Assembly: GCA_030324005.1 (NCBI GenBank)
Contig: JARDVH010000163.1
Coordinates: 79,688,225-79,752,224 of the forward strand
Reading direction: 5' to 3'
Origin: Negaprion brevirostris
Taxonomy: Eukaryota
DNA length: 64,000 nucleotides
The notes beneath the pieces were generated by a model, which ran no database searches, was not told the origin of the DNA, and saw only the letters and a list, made by a program, of their open reading frames with translations. Of this stretch, positions 13,221-25,572 are shown in pieces. The position numbers and the translations under genes were made by a program. The first letter of the stretch is position 1, and each line of letters begins with the position of its first letter.

Positions 13221-14126
13221 ATACCAACCCACTCAAGAACAGCCTCTTCCTTGTTGTGTCAGGCTTTTGAATGGACCTGCCTTGCGTTAAGTTGATCTTT
13301 CTCTACACGCTAGCTTTAACTGTAACACTTCATTTTGCACTTACTTGTTTCCTGTATACAATAAACAATACTTCTGTATTGTTATTGCAAGAAACAATAC
13401 TTTTCACTGTATGCTAATACATGTGACAATAATAAAGCAAATTAAGTCAAATCAAATCAAATGATCTCATATATTTTCCTAGATTCTCCAATGTGCTCGC
13501 TCCAATCTCATTTTATCCACGAGGGCCTCTCCTTCGACCTTATTCCCACCAAACTGCTGAGCACCCATTTCCCATCCTGTCTCTGTGTTAGCTCTGTTCA
13601 GTTACACTGTCTCTCTCATCTTCAATACACTGCCATAGATAAATGAAGACAAATATAATTAAATGCAACATGACGTGCAATTGCTTCTGACTTGCTGTTT
13701 AGAAAGTATTGATATATTTTTGCTCTGTTGACTTTCAAAACTAGCCAGGATTTAATAAAAGAGATTCTATAGAAATTCTACAGGGATTTATTTTTGTTCT
13801 ACATAGGGATCAAGAAGAGATTTTCCACACCTTTCCTGTGGGATATTAAATAAATGGGGTAAAGTCCTTATTAGAGCCAATATTTGTACAGGGTTAAAAG
13901 GCCAATTCCCAATCTGCGCAGTTTAATGTTCTGATGGCTCCCTGTAATTTATCAATTGGATTTGCAGTTTACAATCCAAAAATAACCAGTTCTCATTTAT
14001 GTATTGCATTCAGAGACTAGAGTAAACATCTTGGCATCGTTGAGCCACTGGGTGAAATTTCATGTAACTGACATGAGTCCCGCTCTTCAGTTGCATACAA
14101 GGTGGGGGTGGCTGCCTGACTGAATT

Positions 14127-14412
14127 TAGAACATAGAAACAGGCCCTTCGGCCCATCAGGTCTGCACTGAACACAATCCCACCCAGGCTCCAACCCCATA
14201 TCCCTCTAACCTATGCATCCCTGGACGCTAAGGGGCAATTTTAGCATGGCCATCAACCTAACCTGCACATCTTTGGACTGTGGGAGGAAACCCACACAGA
14301 CACAAGGAGAATGTGCAAACTCCACACAGACAGTAACCCAAGCCAGGAATTGAACCCAGGACCCTAGAGCTATGAAGTAGCAGTGCTAACCACTGTGCTA
14401 CCGTGCCACCCC
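14127..14412 (-). mobile_element. HE1-type SINE
   Basis: Full head-body-tail in reverse (…cagtgctaaccactgtgctaccgtgccacc). Confidence 0.85.
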
Positions 14413-14747
14413 AACCTAGGCTGACGCTCTTCAGATATTACTCTGGAATAGCAACACAACTAAAGCAGAATCCCTGGTTATTTGAACAGCAATTGAATTT
14501 GTCTGATACCCTCCTGCCTACTTTCCCCTCAGCTAACATTGTTCAACAAACTATTTTGTTATAATCTCATTGATTTTGACAAAATGGGTTTAGCATTGGT
14601 CTTTGTATGTAGTATAAACATTGATGTTATACCGGCTATTTTATGCTCAGCCAGATAGTCAATTCTTTTAATGTCAAGGACAAAGTTGCTGCCCCTGTAT
14701 TTCCTAGACCCCCAGCAACACCTTACTGATATAATTCCTGATAATAA

Positions 14748-15066
14748 TAGAATCATAGAATCTCTACATCGCAAGAAGAGGCCATTTAGCCCATCAACCC
14801 TGCACCGACAACAATCCACTCTGGTCCTATTCCAGTAACCCCACCTATTTACCCTAGCTAGTCCCCCTAACACTAAGAGGAAATTTAGCATGGCCAATTG
14901 ACCTAATTCATACATCTTCAGAGTGTGGGAGGAAACTGGAGCACCCGGAGGAAATCAGACAGACATGGGGAGAATCTGTAAACTCCACACAGACAGTCAC
15001 CCGAGGCCAGAATTGAACTTGGGACCCCAAGAGCCAGCAATGTTAACCACTGTACCACTGTGCTGT
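14748..15066 (-). mobile_element. HE1-type SINE
   Basis: Same head, body and tail as the other copies. Confidence 0.85.
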
Positions 15067-17147
15067 CATCAAATTTTTCTTCTTTCCTTTAGCCTTATTC
15101 TAAGATTGTATCCTCTTACTTTTTCAGTGTTCTAAATAACTGTGATTAAAGCTGCCTCTTCAGACTGAAGAGGAAAGTGTGTAGGATATCTCACTTCTAT
15201 CCTTCAAAATCCAGCTCTTCCTTTTGCCTAATTTTACTTAAGCCTTTAAAATTAATGGAGAGTGTGTTGTGGGACCAAATGTCTGGCTGCCCTGTGGTTT
15301 GGGGGACACATCAAACCTGCTGAGTGCCTCTTGCTTGCTGGTTCACTTCCCCGCCCCCACAAGCGGTTATCTAAGACTGACCTCTGCTGGCAAACAGCAC
15401 CATGTTACCACAGAAAGAACTTCATTAGAAGCAATGACTCTGGCTACTAGCCCAGGGAAGGATCAAGTCATTTGTTCTTAAAGAGGGCTCTCAGGGACAT
15501 AAACACAGGGAAAATCGACTGGGCTCAGCGCCATCAGGCCTTCATCACTTTGTTCCATTTTCCCAGCTTCAAAAAGATGGGAATGATCCAGGACTGATTG
15601 TGAATGGTGGACATTTTCCACTTGTTCGTGAAAGCTGGTGTGCCTGGAGAATAATATGGAATCAGACAAGTGGTACTCCACGCCATTGTGAAAAGCACTG
15701 GGTGTGAGACGGCATTGTCACAAACACATTTAGAAAGGTCATAAACAGTTTTATTTAAGCAACCATCGCACTCGAGAAGAACATCCAAGACATGTGGTGA
15801 GGTGAAAAAATTCTTCAAAATGTTCAGCACCTTACACATAGCTTGAGTCAAATTAATGCAGTTCAAGTTTCGATCTGAATACTGTAGATGGTAGCTAGCT
15901 ATAGATTCCCGATCGGAATACTGTACTGCTGTTGTGAGCCCCTTTAGGGAAAGGTTTCAAAGGATCATGTGACCCCATTCAGCCAATTGGGCTGAAGTGT
16001 TTCAATCCTGGGCCTGAGCCCTGACTCCCCCAGTAATCCGGAGCATCTTTCTCACTTACTGTAAAGTTATATATCCTATTAATAAACAGTTCTTCATTTC
16101 TCCACTTGGTCATCACCAGTCTTTGCACAATATTACATTTACCTCAAGAAGGATATATTAGTGGGGCTGCAGGGCAGATTCACCATGACACATGGATTTA
16201 GAGTATTCAACTCTGCGGCCAGGTTTAATAAAGTTTTCTGATATCCCATTGAGCTTTGACATTTGAGGGCTGATCAGATCAAGGTGTTGTAAATGTTTGA
16301 AGGAATCGCTTGGGGAGATACTGTACAGGGAACTATTTCCTTTTAGAGGGGAAACAAAGCTGGTGGGGGCAGGGGTGCAGGGAAATTGGGGATATGGGGA
16401 ATCCCAGCCAAAGGGGCATCATCTCAATAGAATATTGCTGAAGAGAAGGACATGTCACTGAAACTTTTTGTTTTGCACTCTTCAGGACAAATGCAAGGAT
16501 GCCAAATTTCAAAGCATCACAAGAATTTATATGACAGGAAAACAGGGTGCTGATTGGTTGGCAAGTTGACACTGATTGACCGAGGTGTTGCCATGGAGAA
16601 TGCAATGAAGGATGATGAGTACTTCAAAAAAGACAGAAGGAACAAAGAACAAAGAACAAAGAANNNNNNNNNNNNNNNNNNNNNNNNNNNNNNNNNNNNN
16701 NNNNNNNNNNNNNNNNNNNNNNNNNNNNNNNNNNNNNNNNNNNNNNNNNNNNNNNNNNNNNNNTATTCCGGCCAAAATGCATCACCTCACATTTATCCGG
16801 ATTAAACTCCATTTGCCACCTATCTGCCCAATCAACCAGCGTATCAATATCCCAAACAAAAGGAAGCTGTTCCTTTTGTTTGCAGAGAAAGATTTCCTGT
16901 GCATGAATACATGTCACTGACAGTTAATGTAAATAAGTCACATGACAAACTCAACGTATTAAGCTAAAGTGGTTGATTGTGTAGGAGTAGGACACTCTTA
17001 AAATTAGAGTTGGGTCATTTAGGAGAAAACTGGGAAATACTTTGGAAGCACTTTTTCACTGAAAGGGTCATGGAAATCTAGAATCCCTTATCCAAAAGTC
17101 AATGGATGTTGTGGATCAATGGGAATTTTCATGACTTACGAGGAGAG

Positions 17148-17473
17148 AATCATAGAATCCCTAGAGTGCAGAAGGAGGCCATTCAGCTCATTGCACTGGC
17201 ACCGACAATGATCCCATGCAGGACCTATCCGTGTAATCCCACATATTTACCCTGCTAATCCCCCGACACTAATGGACAATTTATCATGGCCAATGCACCG
17301 AACACACACAATTTTGCACTGTAGGAGGAAACCATAGCACCCGGAGGGAACCCACACAGACACAGGGATAATGTGCAAACTCCACACAACTAGTGACCTA
17401 AGCTAGGAATTGAACCCAGGTGTCTGGCACTGCAAGATTACAGTGTTGTTAATGACCATGCCACTGTGCCGGC
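17148..17473 (-). mobile_element. HE1-type SINE adjacent to a CR1 fragment
   Basis: Same head, body and tail; followed directly by CR1 sequence. Confidence 0.8.
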
Positions 17474-17474
17474 C

Positions 17475-17900
17475 CGAGAGGTTGAGTAAGTTGGGCCTGT
17501 ACTCTTTGGAGTTTAGAAGAATGAGAAGCGACTTTATTGAGTCATATAACAGTCTCAGAGAGCTTGACAGGATAGATGCTGAGGTTGTTTCTCCTTGTGG
17601 AAGAGTATAGGACTACAGGGCAGAATCTCAGAGTAAGGGGGCACCCATTTAAGACAGAGATGAGGAGGAATTTCTTCTCTCAGAGGGTAATGAATCTGTG
17701 GAATTCTTTACCACAGAGAACTGTAGAGGCTGGGTCGTTAAATATGTTCAAGACAGATTTTTAATCAGCCAAGGGGAATCAAGGGTTATGGGGATAAGGC
17801 GGAAAGTGGAGTTGAGGATTATCACACCAGGTCAATCATGATCTCAGTGAATGGCAGAGCAGACTCAATGGGCTGAATGGTCTACGTCTGCTCTTATGCC
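17475..17900 (+). mobile_element. CR1 LINE 3' end
   Basis: ERLSKLGLYSLEFRRMRSD and FKTEMRRNFFSQRVMNLWNSLPQ, plus the CR1 3' UTR. Confidence 0.85.
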
Positions 17901-18824
17901 TGTTGATCTTCTGGACTGATTGATAGGCTTTTGTTAGGTAAGAGTTATGGAACAAAGTTGGAATTGGGGAGAGATCATGGTCTAGTTGAATGGTGGAACA
18001 GATATAATAGGCTAAATGGCTTAAACCAGTTCCCCTGCACAGGTGGCTTCAGGTATGGGACACTCCTGGTACTGTGACTAGAAAACTTGTGACCCCATTT
18101 GCCATAGCCTTGTGTTGGATCCAATTCTTCTAATCTAATACCAAGTGCTATCTGAAAGAGCGACAAAGCACATCTCTGATTAAACACCCTTAAACAATCC
18201 ACCACCAAAACCGCTACAAAAATGCAAAATATCACAGATGCCAGAAGTCTGAAACAAAAGCAGAAAATTCTGGTCAGGTCAGCAGGTCAGGCAGCATCTG
18301 CAGAGAGAAAGAAAAACACAGTTAATGTTCATCAGCACTGGGAAAAATGAGAGATTTAACCAAGTGAAAGGGGAGTGGGTGAGGGGGGGTTGTGGCAGGG
18401 GGTTACAAAGAAAAAGAGGAGTGTGTGATAGGGTAAAAGGATGATGGTGCAGAACCAAAGAGAGTGATGATGGGACAAGTAAAGAAACCAAACGTGTGTC
18501 AGAGGCAATGTGAATGACAGAATGATGAACAGCTACTGTCAGAAATTGGGTTGGTTATTGTGCATGAAGATTGTACCATATCTGGATAGATAATGCTGGA
18601 TGGGCCCAATGGCCTTTTCCCAGCCTTTATCATAGGATTGGTCAACTGTTTGAGGGACCTTGCTGTGTGTACTGCTGCTATTGCCTACAGAAGAATACTT
18701 CAGTTCGAATCTATCACTTCTAAAATCTGTTCATGCACACTTTTTAATGACACTCTGGATCTTACTTCTTCATCTATTCTTTAATTATAAAATTAAAAAA
18801 AAACAGCTGCAACTGAGCTTCTTT

Positions 18825-20084
18825 GGGGACTGTTCTGCCAAAAAGATTCTAAGTGCTGAGTTTGCGGGAAAATTGGTGTAAATCATGATTGTTTTTTCAG
18901 TGGGAATTCAAAGAATCTCCTACATTCTGTGCAATGCAGAGGTCACAATCGTGAATATTATTAAAAGCTCGGGGGCAGGACTTATTCACGTCAGAATCTG
19001 ACAGTTCCGGGTCTCTGCACATGCACCACGGCCCCGAACTGTCAGCCCACCTGGGACCCCCACAGTGCTGCCCCTCCTAACATTCCCATGACTCGATCGC
19101 GGCCCTCATGACTATTCCTTGGCCAGCCTTGACACCCCTGACGTCCCGGAGAGCTCCAATCACCAGCCACCCCTCCACCTCCAAGCGATGATGATCTCCC
19201 CCCACCCCAGCAGACCATCCCCCAACGGGAAGCAGATGCCTTCCAGCAGACCACCCCCCCGCCCAACACTCAGCCCATCCCAATCGCTGGCCTCCCTCCA
19301 GTCCCAACTGATCCTCATACGGAGTGGCAGCGGGATTCCCCACCCCCACTGATTGTCCCCAAGTCTCATTGCCCTGCTCCAGCTGGCCCCACCCCCTAGG
19401 CTCTACCGCCTTGGCACTCCCCAATGCCCAGTGGGCAGTGCCGAGGTGTCTCCTGGGCATGGGCACTTNNNNNNNNNNNNNNNNNNNNNNNNNNNNNNNN
19501 NNNNNNNNNNNNNNNNNNNNNNNNNNNNNNNNNNNNNNNNNNNNNNNNNNNNNNNNNNNNNNNNNNNNCTAGGCTCTACCGCCTTGGCACTACCCAATGC
19601 CCAGTGGGCAGTGCCGAGGTGTCTCCTGGGCATGGGCACTTTACCCCTTGGACTGTGCCAGGAAACACAGGCTGGCACTGCCCATGCCTAGGGAGCACCA
19701 CCCCATTGCTACCTGACTCCTTGGGGGTCCCTGACTTCCCCCCTTCACTCCAGTGGGGTTTCCTGCTAGTTCCCCAAAAGTGGAGATCTAGTCTGAACCC
19801 TGCTGAAGTGAAATTGTACTGGTGGGGTGGGAGATGCGAGCGGGCTCAGAGAATTCAGTCCAAGATCTGATAATCACATTTAAAATAGTTTTAAATAAGA
19901 TTAAAATCACTTACCTGCAGTTCCCACCAGTTTCCAGTGTGCTCCTGATCGCGTTGGAAAACCAACACTGGGAGATGTGCGTGAGTTGGGAACGCAAGTG
20001 TGAATCCTGCGAATTGGCGGATGCACGAATCTCCCCGTCTGACCTGCTAATTTTTTGGTGGGTCAGGCTGGGAGAATCATTCCC
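18825..20084. mobile_element. Non-autonomous Harbinger-derived element
   Basis: Degenerate TIR-like ends (ggggactgttctgcc ... gggagaatcattccc). Internal ttggcact..gggcagtgccgaggtg..gggcatgggcactt motif is shared with 4900-5050. Confidence 0.65.
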
Positions 20085-21135
20085 GTTGTATTATGTCTGG
20101 AATCAATTATTCCAATACCTTCCTGGTCAACCTCCCAATTTACACCTTCCATAAACTTCAACTCATCCCAGACTTAAATGGTGATAAGTTGGGAAAGTGG
20201 AGTTGGTACTGCTGTTGGTATTCTAAATCACAGCAAGTCCCATTCACCTGTCACTGCTGCACTCATTGATTCAGTCCAACTGTGCTTCCTAATCCTTGGC
20301 CTGCAGTGCTTCGGGGAGGGGGTTGAAAGGTGGGGGAGAGGGGGTATGTTAATTGCAAGGCAGTGGGTGGCATGCCTGGTGCCTCCCCACTGCTGATGTT
20401 ATTTTACCAGCAGTGGTGAAGGTGGCAGACACTCTTTCCACCCAGATGCCAATTGAATCCCCTGAACTAGCCAAGTAAGGGCCATTTAAGGACTTCTTCC
20501 TTCTGCCACTGACATTTTACAAGTGGTTGATGGGTCCTCTCACACATGTTGAGTTCTCCCCGGCAGGTGCATTGTAGGCTCAGGTTAAGGTGGCCTTCCT
20601 GATCAGGTGCCCAATGAACCATGGAGGGATCTCCTGGTGTCAACAACCTCCCCAGTCAGTCACACTGGGGCCTGCCAGATTGCTTCTGATGAATGTATTC
20701 AAGAGACGGCTGGATATAGCTCTTGGGGCAAATGGGATCAAAGGTTATGGGGAGAAAGCAGGATTAAGCTATTGAGTTGGACGATCAGTCATGATCGTGA
20801 TGAATGGCAGAGCAGACTCAAAGGGCCAAGTGGTCTTCTCCTGCTCCTATCTTCTGTGTTTCCATAGCCTGACCCCACTTGCCTTCAGGACGGTGTCCAT
20901 GATGTCACTCAGAGACTGGCTGCAGTCCTAGCAGTGGCCACCGCAGCTAACTAGCGCTGTTGGACCACTGATTGGCCACTGACATCTCTCACTGGTCGGA
21001 TGCCCCTGTTCAGGGGACAGGAATCTGATTCCAGGCAGTTAATTGCCTGATTCCCATAAAATTCAGTTGGGGATCCTCAAAATGGCCAGATATGGGAATG
21101 CTGCTGATGTTGCTGTGGCTCTTCATACCACATTA

Positions 21136-21452
21136 GGGTGGCACAGTGGTGCAATGGTTAGCATGCTGCCTCGCAGCACCAGAGACCTGGATTCGATTCC
21201 AGCCTCGGATCACTGCCTGTGTGGAGTCTGCATGTTCTCCCCGTGTCTACATGGATTTCCTTTCGGTGCTTCAGTTTCCTACCACAGTCCAAAGATGTGC
21301 AGGTTATATGGATTGGCCATGCTAAACCTCTTCTAGTGTCAGGGGATTAGCAGGATAAATGTGTGGGGTTGCGGGAATAGGGCCTAGGTGGGATTGTGGT
21401 CGATACTTGATGGGCTCAATGGCCTCCTTCTGCACTGAAGGGGTTCTGTATT
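21136..21452 (+). mobile_element. HE1-type SINE
   Basis: gggtggcacagtggtgcaatggttagcatgctgcctcgcag head through the ggcctccttctgcactg tail. Confidence 0.85.
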
Positions 21453-22519
21453 ATGAGACAGACACCTCCCTATTAAATCCCAGCCCCTCCCTGTCCTCTT
21501 GGCTGCTCTCGCCCTGTAGCCTTCCTGATGTCTGTGTTCTGCAATTCTAGCCTCTGGCGTATCCTCCACTGTAGTTGCTGCTTCATGGGAGGCCGTGCCT
21601 TTAGGTGCTAAACTCTGGAATTTCCTCCATAAACCTCGCTGCCCCTCCTCCATTGACATGATCTTTAAGATTCACATTTTTTTGCCAGACATCATCCTTA
21701 TTATTTCTTTATGTCAATGTTTGCTAATGTCCTGGTCAAGATTCTTGGCACATTTTACCAAATGAAAGATTATATAAGTGTAAGTTGTGATTCAGGAATC
21801 GCCGAGCTTCCCTCACACTAATGGTGAAGATTGTGAGGAAGAGTTGACAGCCCAGCTGCCACGGAGGCAGTGAGTTTATATAATTGTTTCTCATTATTAA
21901 TGAATTTTTGCTGTGGTTCTTCATACCACATTAGCGTCTCCATCACCAAGCCAATGGAGACAGTTAACCAAGCATTAAAACTAACACTGAAGAGACACAG
22001 CAACATCAGTTTGATTTGATTTCTGCCAAGCGTTAAATTCTTTAATCCAAAACTAATGAAGTGTGTTTTTCCTTGTATCAATCATTTTGGACTATTCTGA
22101 GGAACAGTTATTCAGTAATAAGCTGAATTTTTTGTTTGCTTTTTCCATTGATGAATAAATCATCCATCAGACAGAGTCTTTCTGCATTCTCTCTCAGCTT
22201 AGTAATCAAGAAATAGAATAAGGCTTTCACTGCTGCTGGAGAATTTAGCCCAACGTGCCCAGCTGTAGGATATTTGGGATCAATTGGGCATAGTGCATCT
22301 TCAGGTGACCACCCTACATTGTACCACTCATGCCCAATCCAATAACAGATCCCTAACCCAGCAATGCCTGCCTGAACAACCCATAGGAATACGTCAGAAT
22401 CTTTTTAAAACTGATTTACAAATAACAGCAAACCCTGACTGCCTATGACATGGCAGGAGGCAATATTGGTCTGGCGCAGTTCCATTTTCATGCTGAATTC
22501 ACATGCTCCCATACACAGA

Positions 22520-23114
22520 CCAACCGGTACAGTCACACTCCCTCACATTCAGTTCAACCGGTACAGTCAAACTCCCTCACATTCAGATCAACCAGTACAG
22601 TCACACTCCCTCACATTCAGATCAACCGGTACAGTCACACTCCCTCACATTCAGTTCAACCGGTACAGTCAAACTCCCTCACATTCAATTCAGTGACTGC
22701 ACAGATTGAACTGAATGTGGGGGAGTGTGACTGTACAGATTGAGCTGAATCTGGGAGAGTGTGACTGTACAGACTGAACTGAATGTGGGACAGTGTGACT
22801 GTACAGATTGAGCTGAATGTGGGAGAGTGTGACTGTACAGATTGAACTGAATGTGGGGGCGTGTGACTGTACAGACTGAACTGAATGTGGGAGAGTGTGA
22901 CTGTACAGATTGAGCTGAATGCGGGAGAGTGTGACTGTTCAGATTGAACTGAATGTGGGAGAGTGTGACTGTTCAGATTGAACTGAATGTGGGAGAGTGT
23001 GACTGTACAGATTGAACTGAATGTGGGGGAGTGTGACTACAGATTGAGCTGAATGTGGGAGAGTGTGACTGTACAGATTGAACTGAATGTGGGGGCGTGT
23101 GACTGTACAGACTG
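22520..23114. repeat. 34-bp minisatellite with internal inversion
   Basis: About 5 units of caaccggtacagtcacactccctcacattcagtt, then about 12 reverse-complement-like units of cagattgaactgaatgtgggagagtgtgactgta running into a gap. Confidence 0.95.
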
Positions 23115-23214
23115 NNNNNNNNNNNNNNNNNNNNNNNNNNNNNNNNNNNNNNNNNNNNNNNNNNNNNNNNNNNNNNNNNNNNNNNNNNNNNNNNNNNNNN
23201 NNNNNNNNNNNNNN

Positions 23215-23455
23215 AAGGGTTGTGAATCTGTGGAATTCCCTGCCCAATGAAGCAATGAAGGCTACCTCGTTGAATGATTTTAAGGCAACGATATATAGAT
23301 TTTTGAACAGTAAAGGAATTAAGAGTTATGGTGAGTGGGCGGGTGAATGAAGCTGAAATCATGAAAAGATCAGCCATGATATTGAATGGTGGAGCAGGCT
23401 CAAGGGCCAGATGGCCTACTCCTGCTCTAGTTCTTATGTTATTATGTTCTTATGT
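23215..23455 (+). mobile_element. CR1 LINE 3' end
   Basis: RVVNLWNSLP motif, CR1 3' UTR and ttcttatgtt tail. Confidence 0.85.
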
Positions 23456-23478
23456 TGAGATTTGATGCTCTTGTGATA

Positions 23479-23514
23479 CTGTCCTGAGGAGTGCAAGACG
23501 AAAAGCTTCAACAG
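23479..23514 (+). ncRNA. Minimal type I hammerhead-ribozyme-like motif (Penelope-like repeat)
   Basis: ctgtc-CTGAGGA-gtgcaagac-GAAA-agct-TC-aacag: CUGANGA and GAAA boxes, UC cleavage site, helix I with one mismatch, and palindromic AGCT loop on helix III. Confidence 0.65.
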
Positions 23515-25239
23515 CATGCCTTTTGTTTTATTGAATATCAATAAGCCGCTATGATGGGCATTTGTTAGGCTTAATCCATTCACTTTCCAATACTGGACAA
23601 ACTATTAATCGTTGTTAGCAGTAGTGGGATTCCTTTTGCACCCTCCCTGGCTCAGATTTGCTAAAGCTGCTATAATGTTGCTGTTGCCACTCTGGAAGGT
23701 GTGTGTCTGTGTGGGGAGCATCCAATTATATAAAAGGAAGAAGGCATGAAAAATATCAAACCGGAAAGATGTCAGAATGTTTTGCAGGCTGTGAGATGTG
23801 ACTTTTCAGCTGGTTGCTATGAGGGAGATGTTTGAAATTCCAAATAAGGGTTGAATGCGTGAGGAGTGGGGTGAGAGGGACAATGAACGTTGACATCCAT
23901 GCTGTGCTGGAATAATTTCTCCAATTATTTTATGTGCGCGATTGCGATGAAAAGAAGGCCACGTCATAATACCGCCTGCATTGTTGCATTCTGCCTTGAT
24001 CTAAGTTCAAAGTAGATTAAAAATGAAGAGTTTTTAGATACTTTAGCCATGGGAATCCTTTCATCCAGGCGCTTGCTGGACTACTAGTAATTGTTGCTTT
24101 GCATTAACAAAGCAGAGAAAGGACAAAGGGTGGTGATCACTAGTGTAGGTCTAGCCTTTGAAACCTAAGCAGATCATGCATTATTGATGCTTGAGGCTAC
24201 TGGCAAGTACAAATGACTTTTCACCTGACTTTTTAGTGCCCGTTGTCTTGTCCAGTGGGCTGAATGACATTAATTCTAATGTGGGGTTTTTATCCTGGCT
24301 GAAGCTGATGGCTTTTAAAAATCACGAGCATATTTCCTGCTGTGTTCCTCACAGTAAGTCAGAAGATGAGCCATTTCGTAATGACAGAAGCAATATGGCA
24401 TGAGACGCACAACCCCTCGCACAAGGAGCACATTCATTGAAGTGGCTGCTGCGAATGTGTTATTTTGCATCTTTTAGTCTCGCTCTGTGCTTTCCCACTT
24501 CTCAGTAGTCTCTGCAGGGCCACTCAGCAAATAGTCATGAAGACACATGGCATCAGCCTGCCTCCGTCGCACTTTAGTTCTCTCTGTGTAGGGATGACTG
24601 CCCATACTTGCAAGCAGTCGTAGTAACAGAGTACAACAGTGAGTCTCACCATTTAGGGAATTGTGAATGTAAACCTACCAAATGACACCGTTGGGAGTTC
24701 CAGCACTATTCCATAAGGCTTACAGATAGCACTCTCTGCATTGCCAATGTTTAAAATGGTTATCTTGATACTAAACTAGCTCTTACTTCAAAGGTCGACA
24801 ATAAATTGAATTTCTGTCCTCAGCATTCACGAGACTTTATTTATATATGTAGTTGAATTCAGAAATACACCATCTCGCGTTAAACGGACGGAATTGATTG
24901 CGGCAGATATTAAATTCGTATGAATTTGAATGCTGGATTCTCTCGAGTAGTTAATGATGGAAACAAAGGAATATATGGGGTCAGAAAAGTTCACTGTAAC
25001 CATCTAACTGGATCCTATACTCTGTCAAATCTTTTTCTTTGACAGATTTATATGCAGTAACCCTAATCAGCCTGTACCATCTGCCTTAAGAGTCTGTTCC
25101 AGACATTTCCCACACTTGTTAAAGCAATCAAATTTAAAGCTGTTTTCAACATTATCTCAATGATAATATCTCTATCAGAGATTGACAGGTTATCCTCTTC
25201 CTGTGGAAGTATTACAATAGTAGATCACTAATTTTACTG

Positions 25240-25572
25240 TGGGCGCCACTGTGACACAGTGGTTAGCACTGTTGCCTCACAGCACCAGGGGCCCGGGCAT
25301 GATTCCCGGCTTAGTCATTGTCTGTGCGGAGTTTGAATATTGTCCCTATGATCATGTGGGTTTCCTCTTGGTGCTCCAGGTTCCTCTCACACTCTAAAGA
25401 TGTGTGGGTTAGGTTGATTGGCCAAGCTAAATCGTCCCCTAGCGCCAAGTAGATTAGCATGGTAAATACATGGGATTACGGTGATAGGGCCTGGGTGGGA
25501 TTGTTGTCGGTGCAAACTCAATGGGCCAAATGGCCTCCTTCTGCAGTGTAGGGATTCTATGATTCTTTCTAT
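25240..25572 (+). mobile_element. HE1-type SINE
   Basis: Head, body and gattctatgattct tail. Confidence 0.85.

Noticed and set aside
19399-19640. Near-identical ~70-nt direct repeat flanking an N gap
   Set aside because: The copies abut a ~100-N gap, typical of unmerged contig overlap, so it cannot be called a biological duplication.
21136-21210. tRNA-like A/B-box sequences
   Set aside because: These are SINE heads continuing into SINE bodies, not tRNA genes.
22520-23114. CRISPR-like periodic 34-bp repeats
   Set aside because: Head-to-tail units with no unique spacers, in a eukaryotic context with no cas genes; this is a minisatellite.
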